DNA of 64,000 nt. It comes from a bacterium (GTDB lineage: Bacteria > Desulfobacterota > DSWW01). A program made the translations under genes and the position numbers. The stretch covers positions 1-64,000 of the forward strand of contig JBFLZG010000062.1 of assembly GCA_040756235.1 (NCBI GenBank), read 5' to 3'. The notes beneath the pieces are model-generated. The model saw nothing but the letters and a program-made list of their open reading frames with translations, was not told the origin of the DNA and ran no database searches. Positions 1 to 9,701 of the stretch are shown in pieces. The stretch's first letter is position 1. Each line of letters opens with the position of its first letter.

Positions 1-308
1 AGATTCGGCCGCGACGATTGAGCGAGACCGCAGGCATAGCACGGCTATGTCGAGGATCTTGCGATTGAGGAGCGGTCGAAGATGGCCCGAAGATGGGATG
101 CGAAATGGGAAGTTATTTCTGCGCGAAGCCTAAGGTCGATGGAATGCGCCAAGGCCAGTTCCCGTCAGCGCGGACGCAGAGACCCGGCAAGAGAGAAACA
201 ATCGGTGCTGCGCAGCAGGCGCTTCCATCGCTGACAGTGGCGCTCGCGGGGTCGGTCGGGCCGAGGGAAATCCGCTCGTCAGCAGCGGCATGGAGCCGGG
301 CTGTCGGG

Positions 309-341
309 GTCGCCATGTCGTCTCTGGGTCGGGTCTTCGGC
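309..341. promoter_or_regulatory. Tandem palindromic sites, putative UAS for a sigma-54 activator
   Basis: GTCGCCATGTCGTC (309-322) and GTCGGGTCTTCGGC (328-341), 19 bp apart, ~115-150 bp upstream of a -24/-12 element. The same arrangement recurs at four other promoter regions in the window. Confidence 0.6.
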
Positions 342-456
342 TTCCGGGCTGCCTGGAAAGCTTGATCGCCGGTGCGCGCTGAGTGGCTCGAGAGAACGGT
401 GAAAGACATACGATTTTCGAGGATTGGCCGACAGGCCCGCGCGACCACGGGAGCGA

Positions 457-472
457 TGGCATGGAATTGGCT
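457..472 (+). promoter_or_regulatory. Sigma-54 (-24/-12) promoter upstream of aor
   Basis: TGGCATGGAATTGGCT fits GG-N10-GC and lies ~55 bp before the ATG at 526. Confidence 0.65.
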
Positions 473-525
473 AAGGCCAAGTGCTCGAGCGCGAGTGGGC
501 ACTATGCCAAACGAGGAGAAGAGGC

Positions 526-2256
526 ATGAGAGAAGAGATCCATCGCGTCGACATGTCGACACTGAGCGCTTCATCGGAGGAGCTGCCGGAGAAGTGGAGG
601 CTCCTTGGCGGAAGGGGGTTGACGTCGGCGATCGTGGCCGAGGAGGTCAAGCCCACCTGCCACCCGCTGGGCAAGTACAACAAGCTGATCTTTGCTCCGG
701 GCCTGCTCACAGGGACCGCATGTGCGAACTCCGGCAGGCTCTCGGCCGGGGCGAAAAGCCCCCTGACGGGGACGATCAAGGAAAGCAATGCCGGAGGCAC
801 CTGCGCCCAGTGCCTGGCGCGCCTGGGAATACGGGCTCTCATCATCGAGGGCGTGCCCCGGCAGGACTCCTTCTACGCCCTCCGTGTCGACAGGCAGGGG
901 GTCACGATCCAGGAAGAGAGGGAACTGCTCGGCAAGGGCAATTACGAGCTCATGAAGACCGTGTCCCAAAGAAACGGCTCCAAGGTGGGCATCTTGTCCA
1001 TCGGACCGGCCGGGGAGATGCGCATGGCGGCTGCGAATATTTCCGTGCAGGATCCGGATGGAAACATACGCAGCCATGGCCGCGGCGGGTTGGGCGCGGT
1101 CATGGGGTCCAAGAGGATCAAGTATATCGTGATCGACCCCAGCGACGGCCCCGGCATCAGCATCGTCGACGAGGAAAAGTTCAAGAAGGCCACGGTTTCC
1201 TTTACCAAGGCGATCGTGAAGCATCCCGTGAGCGGCGAATCTCTGAAGCTGTATGGCACCAACGTCCTCGTCAACATCATGCACGAGGCAGGGGCCCTGC
1301 CTGTCAGGAATTTCCGCTACGGCCAGTTCCCCCAGCACAACCAGATCAGCGGCGAGACACTGCACGACGTCATCATTGAGCGAAAGGGCCATCCCTGGCA
1401 CGTGTGTCACAAGGGATGTGTCATCAAGTGCTCCCAGGTCTACAACGATGCGAACGGCAATTACGTAACGTCGGGATTCGAGTATGAGACCATCTGGGGC
1501 TTCGGGGCGAACTGCGAGATCGACGACCTGGACATCATTGCCCAGGCCGACCACATCATGGATGACGTCGGCATTGACTCGATCGAAACCGGGGTGGCGA
1601 TGGGTGTGGCGATGGAGGCCGGGGTCATCCCGTTCGGAGATGGGCAAGGCGTCCTGCGACTGCTGAGGGAAGTGGGCGCGGGCACCCCCATGGGCCGAAT
1701 CATCGGCTCCGGGGCGGCCGGAGTGGGCAAGACTTACGGCGTCACTCGGGTGCCTGTGGTCAAAGACCAGGGCTTGTCCGCCTATGATCCCAGGTCGGTC
1801 AAAGGCATGGGCATCACCTATGCGACCTCGACCATGGGCAGTGACCACACCGCGGGCTACTGCATTCCCGTGAACATCTTGGGTGTCGGAGGCCTCATCG
1901 ACCCGTTGAAGAAGGACGGGCAGATCGACCTGTCCAGAAGATTGCAGATGAGCACCGCGTTCCTGGACAGCTTGGGCCTGTGCGTGTTCGTCGGATTCCC
2001 CGCGCTCGACGCGCGCGAGGCCTTCTCTGCGATGCTTCCGGAAATGCTCAACGCCAAGTACGGCCTGAATCTCACCCAGGACGAGTGGCTGGCGGTGGGG
2101 CGCAAGACGCTCTTTACGGAACATGACTTCAACGTGAGGGCCGGCTTTACCAGCAAAGACGACCGGCTTCCGGAATTCTTCGAGGAGCCCATTCCGCCGC
2201 ACAATGCGGTCTGGGATTTCACCGACGAGGAGATGGACTCGTTCTGGAATTTCTGA
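526..2256 (+). CDS. aor: Aldehyde:ferredoxin oxidoreductase family (W/Mo-bis-pterin)
   Basis: Motifs KSPLTG, GRGGLGAVMGSK, CHKGCVIKC, EYET and DDVGID. ATG 526 follows a GAGGAG-rich RBS (ORF track starts at 481). Confidence 0.9.
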   Translation: MREEIHRVDMSTLSASSEELPEKWRLLGGRGLTSAIVAEEVKPTCHPLGKYNKLIFAPGLLTGTACANSGRLSAGAKSPLTGTIKESNAGGTCAQCLARLGIRALIIEGVPRQDSFYALRVDRQGVTIQEERELLGKGNYELMKTVSQRNGSKVGILSIGPAGEMRMAAANISVQDPDGNIRSHGRGGLGAVMGSKRIKYIVIDPSDGPGISIVDEEKFKKATVSFTKAIVKHPVSGESLKLYGTNVLVNIMHEAGALPVRNFRYGQFPQHNQISGETLHDVIIERKGHPWHVCHKGCVIKCSQVYNDANGNYVTSGFEYETIWGFGANCEIDDLDIIAQADHIMDDVGIDSIETGVAMGVAMEAGVIPFGDGQGVLRLLREVGAGTPMGRIIGSGAAGVGKTYGVTRVPVVKDQGLSAYDPRSVKGMGITYATSTMGSDHTAGYCIPVNILGVGGLIDPLKKDGQIDLSRRLQMSTAFLDSLGLCVFVGFPALDAREAFSAMLPEMLNAKYGLNLTQDEWLAVGRKTLFTEHDFNVRAGFTSKDDRLPEFFEEPIPPHNAVWDFTDEEMDSFWNF

Positions 2257-2348
2257 GTCGCGCGGATTCCTGTTCACCGTCGCCCCTTTGAACGAGATCG
2301 GTCTGGCCGGGAGTCAGGGTTCAAATCCGTACGGAATGGAGGTAGGTC

Positions 2349-4652
2349 ATGAACCGCAAGGCGTCGCTCTTCATCATGGCGGGTTTGATCTTGATCGCCT
2401 GGCTGTACGCGGGCTCGGATTGCAGCGCGATCACGATCGCCGACGTGAAACCTGGTGAGGACGTGTTCGGTTATATCCAGAGGGTGAAAGGGAGCTTCGA
2501 TCAGACCCTGTACCAGCAGGTCATCGGCGCGTCCAACGCCTTCAAGGAGGGTGACCAGACGATCGGAGTCGCGGCGGATGACGAGAACACCAGGGAGCAT
2601 GCCCGGGCGCTCCTGGCCAACACCAAGATCGAGGACCTGTACGACCACCCCCTGCTCGCCGACGAACTGCAGAAGCTGATCTGGCAGACCACGGACCAGG
2701 CCCAGTACGGGAAGATCAAAGGCTGGACCATGGGACAGCTGAAAGAGTTTCTTCTCACCAAGTCCGAGGCGGAGATCAAGGGCATCATGCACGGCCTGAC
2801 GAGCGAAACGATCGGGTGTGTTCCGAAGCTCATGAGCAATGAAGAGCTCATCGCATTCGATCGAAAGGTCTACAACACCCTGCCCGGGACCCGGATCGGG
2901 GCCAAAGGGTACCTGAGCGCTCGTATCCAGCCCAACTCACCCACGGACAGTCCAGAGGACATCGTCTGGCAGGTCTTCAACGGATTCTCATTCGCCACCG
3001 GAGACATCGTCATCGGCACCAACCCGGTAGACAGCCAGGTCAAGAGCGTGGCCGCGGTCGAGAAGGGGCTGAAGGACGTGGTCGTGACGTTCAAGATCGA
3101 AGACGTCATTCCTTGGTGCGTGCTCGCCCATATCGACGTCCAGGCGGAAGTCGCGAAGCAGTATCCGCAGTCGGTTGCGACGATGTTCCAGAGTCTTGCC
3201 GGAACCGATGACTGCAACAAGACCTTCGATGTTACGATTTCGAAGATCATGAACTATGCCAAATCGAAGAAAGGTGAAAGGTACGGCCTCTACTTCGAAA
3301 CCGGGCAGGGCTCCGAGTTCACCAACGGCGTGGCACATGGTGTGGACATGATGGTGCTGGAGTCGCGCAAGTACGGCTTCAGCCGGGCCGCGCAGATGGA
3401 GCTGGCCAAGGTGCAGCCCAGGGGAGCGTGGCTGCACGTCAACGACGTGGCCGGGTTCATCGGCCCCGAAGTCTTCAAGACCCGGGAGCAGCTCGTGCGG
3501 TGCTGTCTGGAAGACATCGCCATGGGCAAGCTCCACGGCCTGGTCATCGGTCTGGACATCTGTTCGACCCTGCACATGGCCGTCAGCCTGGATGATCTGG
3601 CCTGGTGCCAGGACCAGATCCTGCCGGCCGCCCCTGCCTACCTGATGAGCCTTCCCACGCGAAACGACCCCATGCTGAGCTATCTCACGACTTCGTTTCA
3701 GGATCACGTGCGGCTGCGGGAGAAGTTCGGGCTCAAGGTGAACGACAAGATGTGGGAGTTCTACAAGCGCATCGGGATCGTGGGCAATGACGGCAAGTAC
3801 ACGGAGCACTTCGGAGATCCGGTGTGGGTGTACTACCAGTACAGGCTCGCGAAGGGCGACAAGCGATCCAAGGAAGAGATCTATGCGGAAGGAAAGAAAC
3901 AGATGGCCCAGGTGGATGCCAGGGGCGTCGACCTTGCCGTCGGTCATGGCCAGAACCCCTGGGACCTCAATCCTCAACTCTCCAAGAAGCTCGTCACGCT
4001 TTACAACGACGCGAAGGAATCGCTCTGGGCGGAGCTTTCCCCGGAGTTCGTCAAGACGATTCCCAATGCGGTGCAGGTGAAGACCCTGTCAAAGGACCGC
4101 GAGGACTACATCGCGCATCCTGCGAGCGGCGAAAAATTGAGCCCCGAATCGGTCGCCACGGTCGAAAGATTGAGAGACTCGTGGGGAGAAAAGAGCCCGA
4201 ATGTCCAGATCGTCATCTCGGACGGCCTCAACGCGAAGGCGATCATGGACCAAAATCACCTTCTGCCCTATCTGGACGAGATCCGGAGGCTCTTGACCGA
4301 AGCCGGCGCGGTCGTAGGTGAGAAGAATATCGTCGTGACGAGCGGGCGGGTCAGGGCCGGATACGAGATCGGATCGCTGCTATACGCCAACAGCGATCCG
4401 AAGAGATACAAGGGGATCCTGCATGTGATCGGCGAGCGCCCCGGGACCATGCATCACTCGTATTCGGTCTACATCACGGCTGCCAAGGGTGACTTATGGG
4501 CGGCGAAAAAGATCGATCACGACATCACCCGACTGGTATGCAACATTGCCGATACGGCACTCCCGCCGAAGGAGGCGGCTGACGAGAGCCTGACGATCAT
4601 ACGGGAAATCGTGGGGAGAACCGTGGCCTCCAGCCGAAGTGCGGGCGAGTGA
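2349..4652 (+). CDS. eutBC: Fused ethanolamine ammonia-lyase EutB-EutC with N-terminal signal-peptide-like leader
   Basis: EutB motifs RIQPN, GTNP, FETGQGS, GFIGPE and LED..GKL. C-terminal EutC motifs VISDGL, GRV..G.EIG and IGERPG. RBS GGAGG. The N-terminus MNRK-hydrophobic stretch-CSA looks like a leader. Confidence 0.88.
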   Translation: MNRKASLFIMAGLILIAWLYAGSDCSAITIADVKPGEDVFGYIQRVKGSFDQTLYQQVIGASNAFKEGDQTIGVAADDENTREHARALLANTKIEDLYDHPLLADELQKLIWQTTDQAQYGKIKGWTMGQLKEFLLTKSEAEIKGIMHGLTSETIGCVPKLMSNEELIAFDRKVYNTLPGTRIGAKGYLSARIQPNSPTDSPEDIVWQVFNGFSFATGDIVIGTNPVDSQVKSVAAVEKGLKDVVVTFKIEDVIPWCVLAHIDVQAEVAKQYPQSVATMFQSLAGTDDCNKTFDVTISKIMNYAKSKKGERYGLYFETGQGSEFTNGVAHGVDMMVLESRKYGFSRAAQMELAKVQPRGAWLHVNDVAGFIGPEVFKTREQLVRCCLEDIAMGKLHGLVIGLDICSTLHMAVSLDDLAWCQDQILPAAPAYLMSLPTRNDPMLSYLTTSFQDHVRLREKFGLKVNDKMWEFYKRIGIVGNDGKYTEHFGDPVWVYYQYRLAKGDKRSKEEIYAEGKKQMAQVDARGVDLAVGHGQNPWDLNPQLSKKLVTLYNDAKESLWAELSPEFVKTIPNAVQVKTLSKDREDYIAHPASGEKLSPESVATVERLRDSWGEKSPNVQIVISDGLNAKAIMDQNHLLPYLDEIRRLLTEAGAVVGEKNIVVTSGRVRAGYEIGSLLYANSDPKRYKGILHVIGERPGTMHHSYSVYITAAKGDLWAAKKIDHDITRLVCNIADTALPPKEAADESLTIIREIVGRTVASSRSAGE

Positions 4653-4777
4653 ATAACAGGGCAGGGTGCGAGAGGCAGCCGCAACGGAACGGCATCGAGA
4701 GAGGAAGCCATCATGTTATCGCTGAGGGGCAAGAGAGTGGCAGACAGGATGCGGGGGAAGGACCCGGGTTCGGCTGC

Positions 4778-4832
4778 GGGGCGGCGGTCCCCCGCGACCC
4801 CCCCCGTCGAGGGCCCGCCGCCCGTTTTCTTT
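4778..4832 (+). terminator. GC-rich hairpin followed by a T-rich tract (terminator/attenuator candidate)
   Basis: GGGCGGCGGTCCC pairs with GGGCCCGCCGCCC, followed by TTTTCTTT, ~40 bp before echA. Confidence 0.4.
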
Positions 4833-4869
4833 GCCGTATGTGAAACCGTAAGACCGTGAGGAGGATGAC

Positions 4870-6768
4870 GTGTATTCGTTGATTTTCCTTGTGGTGTTCC
4901 CTCTTCTGATAGCGTTTCTGGCGCTCGCCATCCCGCGCGGACTCCCCGTCAAGAGGGCCATCGGGGTCCTCGCCAATGCCGTGTTGTGCGCGGTGCCGGT
5001 CTATCTTCTGGCCTCCCGGATGGGCGAGGGAGCCGCCTATTTCCGGGCGGAGAGTCATCTCGTCGACGCGGCTATGCTCGTGATGGAAGTGGTGATTGCG
5101 GCGTACATCATCTACGTGTCCGTGAAGTCCGGGAGGTACCTGCCCGTTCTTCTGGTGACGGTTCAGTCGGTCGTCATCCTGGCTCTGGAGCTCGGCGGCG
5201 GGGACATGGTTCGGGTGGAGAACAACCTCTTCGTAGATCAGGTGTCGATCCTCATGGCCCTCATCGTCGGCTGCATCGGGGGGGCGATCTGTCTCTACGC
5301 GCTTGGCTACATGCCGGAATTCCACCACCACCACAGGGAAGTTCCGGACAGGCGCAGCTTGTTCGCATTCCTGATGTACCTCTTTCTCGCCGCCATGTTC
5401 GGCATCGTGTTCTCCAACAACCTGATCTGGATCTACTTCTTCTGGGAGGTCACGACCCTCTGTTCGTTCCTGCTGATCGGGTACAAAGGGGATCAACCCT
5501 CCCAGGACAGCGCCTTCAAGGCGCTGAACATGAACCTGATCGGCGGCGTGGCGTTTGCGATCGGACTGGTCTACCTGCACAACGGGTCTCACGTGATGGA
5601 GTTGGACAAGGTGTTGCGGAGCGAGCAGGCGCTGGTCCTGCTCCCCGCCGTGTGCATTGCCTTTGCGGGGCTGGCGAAATCCGCCCAGTTCCCGTTCTCG
5701 TCCTGGCTGACCGGAGCGATGGTGGCTCCGACCCCGGTTTCGGCCCTGTTGCATTCGAGCACCATGGTCAAGGCAGGGGTGTACATCATCCTGAGGGTCG
5801 CCCCGGTTCTGCAGAACACCAGCGCCGCCAAGGTGCTGACACTGATCGGAGGCGTGAGCTTCCTCATCACCGCGCTCATCGCCATCTCCCAGAGGAACGC
5901 GAAGAAGGTTCTGGCCTATTCGACCATCTCCAACCTCGGACTGATCGTCGCCTGCGCAGGGGTGGGAACGGATGCCGCCGTCTGGTCGGCGCTGCTCCTG
6001 ATCCTGTTCCACGCCGTGGCAAAGTCGCTCCTCTTTCTTTGCGTCGGGATCGTCGAGTACAAGCTGGGAAGCAGGGATATAGAGGACATGGACTATCTCA
6101 TCATGCGCATGCCGAAGCTCGCCGCCTGCATGCTGATCGGAATGGCCGGCATGTACATCGCTCCTTTCGGCATGGTGATCGCCAAGTTCGCCACCCTGAA
6201 GGCCTTTGTCAGCGCCAGTCCGGTCATGGCGGTCATTCTGGCATACGGGAGCGCAGCCACGCTGTTCTTCTGGGTCAAGTGGATGGGCAAGGTGCTGTCC
6301 ATCAAAGGAGGAGCGACTCTCGATGTGGCGGAAGACCGCGTCAGCCGCTGGGAGTGGACGACGCTGGGGATCCTGGCAAGTGCCACGGTGGCGGTGTGTG
6401 TGGCGTTTCCGTTCATCGCCTTCAAGGTCATCGACCCGTACCTGCGGGAGGCTTTCGGCCAGGCACCGGTTGTGGACAGGTTCAACGTGTACGTCATCCT
6501 GGTCCTGATGTTCTCTCTCTGGATCGTGTTTCCGCTCGGTCTCCTGTACTACACCGTCTGGGGCAAGGGGTTGCGGAGGGTCGCGACCTACCTGGGAGGC
6601 GGGAACATCGGCGACGTCAGTTACGAGGGCGCCATGGGAACGGTCGGGGAGATCGAGCTCAAGAGTTACTACATGGCCAGGTATTTCGGGGAAGACGTGC
6701 TCTTCCCCGTCGGGGTGTACGCCGCGCTGACCTTCGTCTTCATCCTGTTCGGAGTGGCCGCGATATGA
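4870..6768 (+). CDS. echA: Ech hydrogenase subunit A (NuoL-like antiporter subunit)
   Basis: Polytopic membrane protein with FWEVTT, KSAQFPFSSWL and AMVAPTPVSALLHSSTMV. First gene of the ech order. Confidence 0.9.
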   Translation: MYSLIFLVVFPLLIAFLALAIPRGLPVKRAIGVLANAVLCAVPVYLLASRMGEGAAYFRAESHLVDAAMLVMEVVIAAYIIYVSVKSGRYLPVLLVTVQSVVILALELGGGDMVRVENNLFVDQVSILMALIVGCIGGAICLYALGYMPEFHHHHREVPDRRSLFAFLMYLFLAAMFGIVFSNNLIWIYFFWEVTTLCSFLLIGYKGDQPSQDSAFKALNMNLIGGVAFAIGLVYLHNGSHVMELDKVLRSEQALVLLPAVCIAFAGLAKSAQFPFSSWLTGAMVAPTPVSALLHSSTMVKAGVYIILRVAPVLQNTSAAKVLTLIGGVSFLITALIAISQRNAKKVLAYSTISNLGLIVACAGVGTDAAVWSALLLILFHAVAKSLLFLCVGIVEYKLGSRDIEDMDYLIMRMPKLAACMLIGMAGMYIAPFGMVIAKFATLKAFVSASPVMAVILAYGSAATLFFWVKWMGKVLSIKGGATLDVAEDRVSRWEWTTLGILASATVAVCVAFPFIAFKVIDPYLREAFGQAPVVDRFNVYVILVLMFSLWIVFPLGLLYYTVWGKGLRRVATYLGGGNIGDVSYEGAMGTVGEIELKSYYMARYFGEDVLFPVGVYAALTFVFILFGVAAI

Positions 6769-7646
6769 ACACGATTCAAGAGATCTATGCGTCACTGAGT
6801 CTGGTCGAAAGGATGGCCGCGTTCGTCCTTCTCGCACCGCTGCTGGGCGGCCTGCTGGCGGGAATCGATCGAAAACTGAGCGCCAGGCTGCAAGGCCGCT
6901 ACGGCCCGCCGCTGCGGCAGCCGTTCTTCGATGTCCTCAAGCTTCTGCAAAAAGAGAGAGTCGTCGTCAACCGGGCGCAGAATTTCTCGATCGTCCTGTT
7001 CCTTCTGTTCACGGTGGCTTCCGGCGCCCTGTTCTTTGCCGGGGCCGATCTTCTGTTGACGGTCTTCTGCCTGGCCGTGGCGGGAACGTTCTTCGTTCTC
7101 GGTGCCTTCTGTGTCGGGTCGCCCTTCAGTCACCTTGGCGCCGAACGCGAAGTGATTCAGATGATGGCCTATGAACCGATGGTCATCCTGGTCGCGGTCG
7201 GCATGTACCAGGTGACCGGGAGCTTCAAAGTCGCAGACATCGCACAGCACCAGACGCCGCTATTGTTTCAGCTCCCGGGCGTGTTCGCCGGTTTCCTGTT
7301 CATTCTGACCATCAAATTCAGGAAGTCTCCGTTCGACCTTTCCATGTCCCACCACGCCCATCAGGAGATCGTGCGCGGGCTGACAACGGAATTCTCCGGC
7401 CCGGCGCTCGCGTTCATTGAAATGGCGCACTGGTACGAGAACGCTCTGCTGCTGGGGCTGGTCTACCTCTTCCTGGGATCCAATCCCTGGCTCGCGGTTG
7501 CACTGGCCCTGCTGGTATACCTCCTGGAGATCTTCATCGACATGAACTATGCCCGGTTCAAGTGGCAGCTGACGCTGTGGAGCTCATGGCTGGTCACCGG
7601 CGTCGCCGCCGTGCCGAATATCCTCGTCCTCTCTAGCCTGAGATAA
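6765..7646 (+). CDS. echB: Ech hydrogenase subunit B (NuoH-like)
   Basis: ATG overlaps the echA stop (ATGA). Motifs DRKLSARLQGRYGPP and KSPFDLS..HQE..G..EFSG. Corresponds to the C-terminal part of ORF 4986..7646. Confidence 0.9.
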   Translation: MNTIQEIYASLSLVERMAAFVLLAPLLGGLLAGIDRKLSARLQGRYGPPLRQPFFDVLKLLQKERVVVNRAQNFSIVLFLLFTVASGALFFAGADLLLTVFCLAVAGTFFVLGAFCVGSPFSHLGAEREVIQMMAYEPMVILVAVGMYQVTGSFKVADIAQHQTPLLFQLPGVFAGFLFILTIKFRKSPFDLSMSHHAHQEIVRGLTTEFSGPALAFIEMAHWYENALLLGLVYLFLGSNPWLAVALALLVYLLEIFIDMNYARFKWQLTLWSSWLVTGVAAVPNILVLSSLR

Positions 7647-7664
7647 GTCAGCGGAGAAAAGAGA

Positions 7665-8126
7665 ATGGCTTGGTTCAAACGATCGCCCTGGGTGATTCAC
7701 TACAACGCGACCAGCTGCAATGGCTGCGACATCGAGGTGTTTGCCAGTCTGACGCCTTTGTACGACCTGGAGCGGTTCGGGATCATCAACACCGGGAACC
7801 CGAAGCACGCCGACATCCTCGCGGTTACCGGCTCGGTCAACGAGAAGAGCACCCAGGTCGTGCGGAACATCTACGAGCAAATGCCGAACCCGAAGGTGGT
7901 CGTAGCCATCGGGCTGTGCGCGATCTCGGGGTGCGTGTTCCAGGACTGTTACAACGTGCTCGGGGGAGTGGACAAGGTCTTGCCGGTCGATGTGTATGTT
8001 CCGGGGTGTGCCGCGCGGCCGGAGTCGATCATCGACGGGGTGTTGCAGGCGTGCGGCGTCCTGGAAGAGAAATACGCGCAACGGAAAGCTGACCGGGCAG
8101 GGTCTCGGAAGGTCCGAACATCATGA
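7665..8126 (+). CDS. echC: Ech hydrogenase small subunit C
   Basis: SCNGCDIE, NPKHAD, IGLCAISG and YVPGCAARPE. Confidence 0.92.
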   Translation: MAWFKRSPWVIHYNATSCNGCDIEVFASLTPLYDLERFGIINTGNPKHADILAVTGSVNEKSTQVVRNIYEQMPNPKVVVAIGLCAISGCVFQDCYNVLGGVDKVLPVDVYVPGCAARPESIIDGVLQACGVLEEKYAQRKADRAGSRKVRTS

Positions 8127-8141
8127 TATGAGGCATGGACG

Positions 8142-8585
8142 ATGAGAGAGCAGCAAGCAATCGTTCCGATCGAAGTGGGCATGCTGGTAGGGGAGGTCGC
8201 CCGGCGGTACGCGGAGGGGGAACGGCTGGTACAGATCAGCTGCACCACGCTCCAGAGCGCCTACGAGCTCAGTTACTCCTTCGACAAGGGCTATCGTCTG
8301 GAGAACCTGCGTCTGACGGTGGCGCCGGAGGAGCCGGTTCCGAGTATCAGCATCATCTATCCCGGTGCGTTCCTGTACGAAAACGAGATCCATGACCTGT
8401 TCGGCCTTGCCATTCGCAATATCGCGGTCGATTACCGCGGCACGCTGTACCGAACGAGGATGCCAACGCCGTTCAGCATTGGGAACTGTCCGGTGCCGGT
8501 GCCGCCCAAACCCAAGGCGGAGGCTGCGCAGGAAAAGGGCGAGGCGGAAATGCCCGAACCGCAGCAGGGAACACCTGCAGAATAG
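8142..8585 (+). CDS. echD: Ech hydrogenase subunit D (NuoC-like)
   Basis: PSIS.IYPGAFLYENEIHDLFG; position in the operon. Confidence 0.88.
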   Translation: MREQQAIVPIEVGMLVGEVARRYAEGERLVQISCTTLQSAYELSYSFDKGYRLENLRLTVAPEEPVPSISIIYPGAFLYENEIHDLFGLAIRNIAVDYRGTLYRTRMPTPFSIGNCPVPVPPKPKAEAAQEKGEAEMPEPQQGTPAE

Positions 8586-8609
8586 CCGGAAGAGAGGAGC
8601 TCCCTAGCC

Positions 8610-9689
8610 ATGGGCGAGAGAAATGTCATCCCCTTCGGACCGCAACACCCCGTGCTCCTCGAGCCTCTGCATCTGCAGCTGGTGACGGAGGACGAAAAGG
8701 TGGTGGATGTGGTGCCGTCGATCAGCTACGTGCACCGGGGGCTGGAGCGGCTGGTGGAAAAGAGGGATTTCGTCGATTTCGTTCAAATCGCCGACCGGAT
8801 CTGCGGGCTCTGCAGCTTCATGCACGCCATGGGCTATTGTCAGGCGGTAGAGGCGGTCATGGGGATCGAGGTCCCGGCGCGGGCCCTGTATCTTCGGACG
8901 ATATGGGCCGAGCTCGGCAGGATTCACAGTCACATCTTCTGGCTCGGTGTCGCGGCCGATGCGTTCGGGTACGAAAGCGTCTTCATGCAGTCCCTGAGGC
9001 TCCGCGAGCTGGTCCTCGACGTCATCGAGGAGACCACCGGGGGCAGGGTGATCTTCGGGGCCTGCAAGGTGGGCGGGGTGAGAAGGGATATCGGTGCCGA
9101 GGTGTTGCGGGGTATCGTGGGGAGATTGAGGGATCTCAAGGCGGACCTGCAGGAGCTCACCTCGGTCTTCATCAATGACTACTCCATCCGGCACCGCTTG
9201 GTAGGCGTCGGCACCCTTTCGAAGGAAGACGCTCACCGTCTCGGATGCGTCGGGCCCATGGCGCGAGCGAGCGGGCTCGCCATGGACCTGCGGGCCCTGG
9301 GGTATGCTGCGTATGGGGAGCTGGATGTGGAGCCGATGGTGGAAGCTGCAGGGGACTGTTACGCGCGGTGCCTGGTGAGGATTCGCGAGATCTTCCAGTC
9401 CATCGACCTGATCCGCCAGGCGACCGGAAAGATCCCGGATGGGCCGGTGGATGTCAAGGTCAAGGGCACTCCGAACGGGGAATATTTCTCGCGCGTCGAG
9501 CAGCCGCGGGGTGAAGTGATCCATTATGTGAAAGGGAACGGGTCGAAGTTTCTCCACAGGTTCCGGGTCAGGGTGCCTACCTTCAGCAACATTCCCGCCA
9601 TGATCAAGATCATGAAGGGCTCGGAGCTGGCGGATATTCCCAATATCGTGGTCACCCTGGATCCGTGCATCAGCTGCACGGAAAGGTAG
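8610..9689 (+). CDS. echE: Ech [NiFe] hydrogenase large subunit E
   Basis: GPQHP plus Ni-binding RICGLC and DPCISCTER, with no C-terminal extension, as is typical of Ech. Confidence 0.93.
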   Translation: MGERNVIPFGPQHPVLLEPLHLQLVTEDEKVVDVVPSISYVHRGLERLVEKRDFVDFVQIADRICGLCSFMHAMGYCQAVEAVMGIEVPARALYLRTIWAELGRIHSHIFWLGVAADAFGYESVFMQSLRLRELVLDVIEETTGGRVIFGACKVGGVRRDIGAEVLRGIVGRLRDLKADLQELTSVFINDYSIRHRLVGVGTLSKEDAHRLGCVGPMARASGLAMDLRALGYAAYGELDVEPMVEAAGDCYARCLVRIREIFQSIDLIRQATGKIPDGPVDVKVKGTPNGEYFSRVEQPRGEVIHYVKGNGSKFLHRFRVRVPTFSNIPAMIKIMKGSELADIPNIVVTLDPCISCTER

Positions 9690-9701
9690 AGGGCTGAGAG
9701 C

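Noticed and set aside
120..365. Moco/tungsten-cofactor riboswitch upstream of aor (CCTAAG and GAAAC fragments)
   Set aside because: I could not find the conserved stems or the CCTCCC/GAAAGG elements in order, and the region lies upstream of the sigma-54 promoter.
5322..5333. His4 run in EchA as a novel metal site
   Set aside because: Too short and located in a loop; nothing in the sequence supports a function.
4986..6764. Apparent 886-aa EchB with a long N-terminal extension; similar extensions on mlaD, eno, gpmA, pfk and por
   Set aside because: The extensions are off-frame overlaps with upstream genes or run through promoters. Downstream starts with an RBS or coupling overlap give normal sizes.
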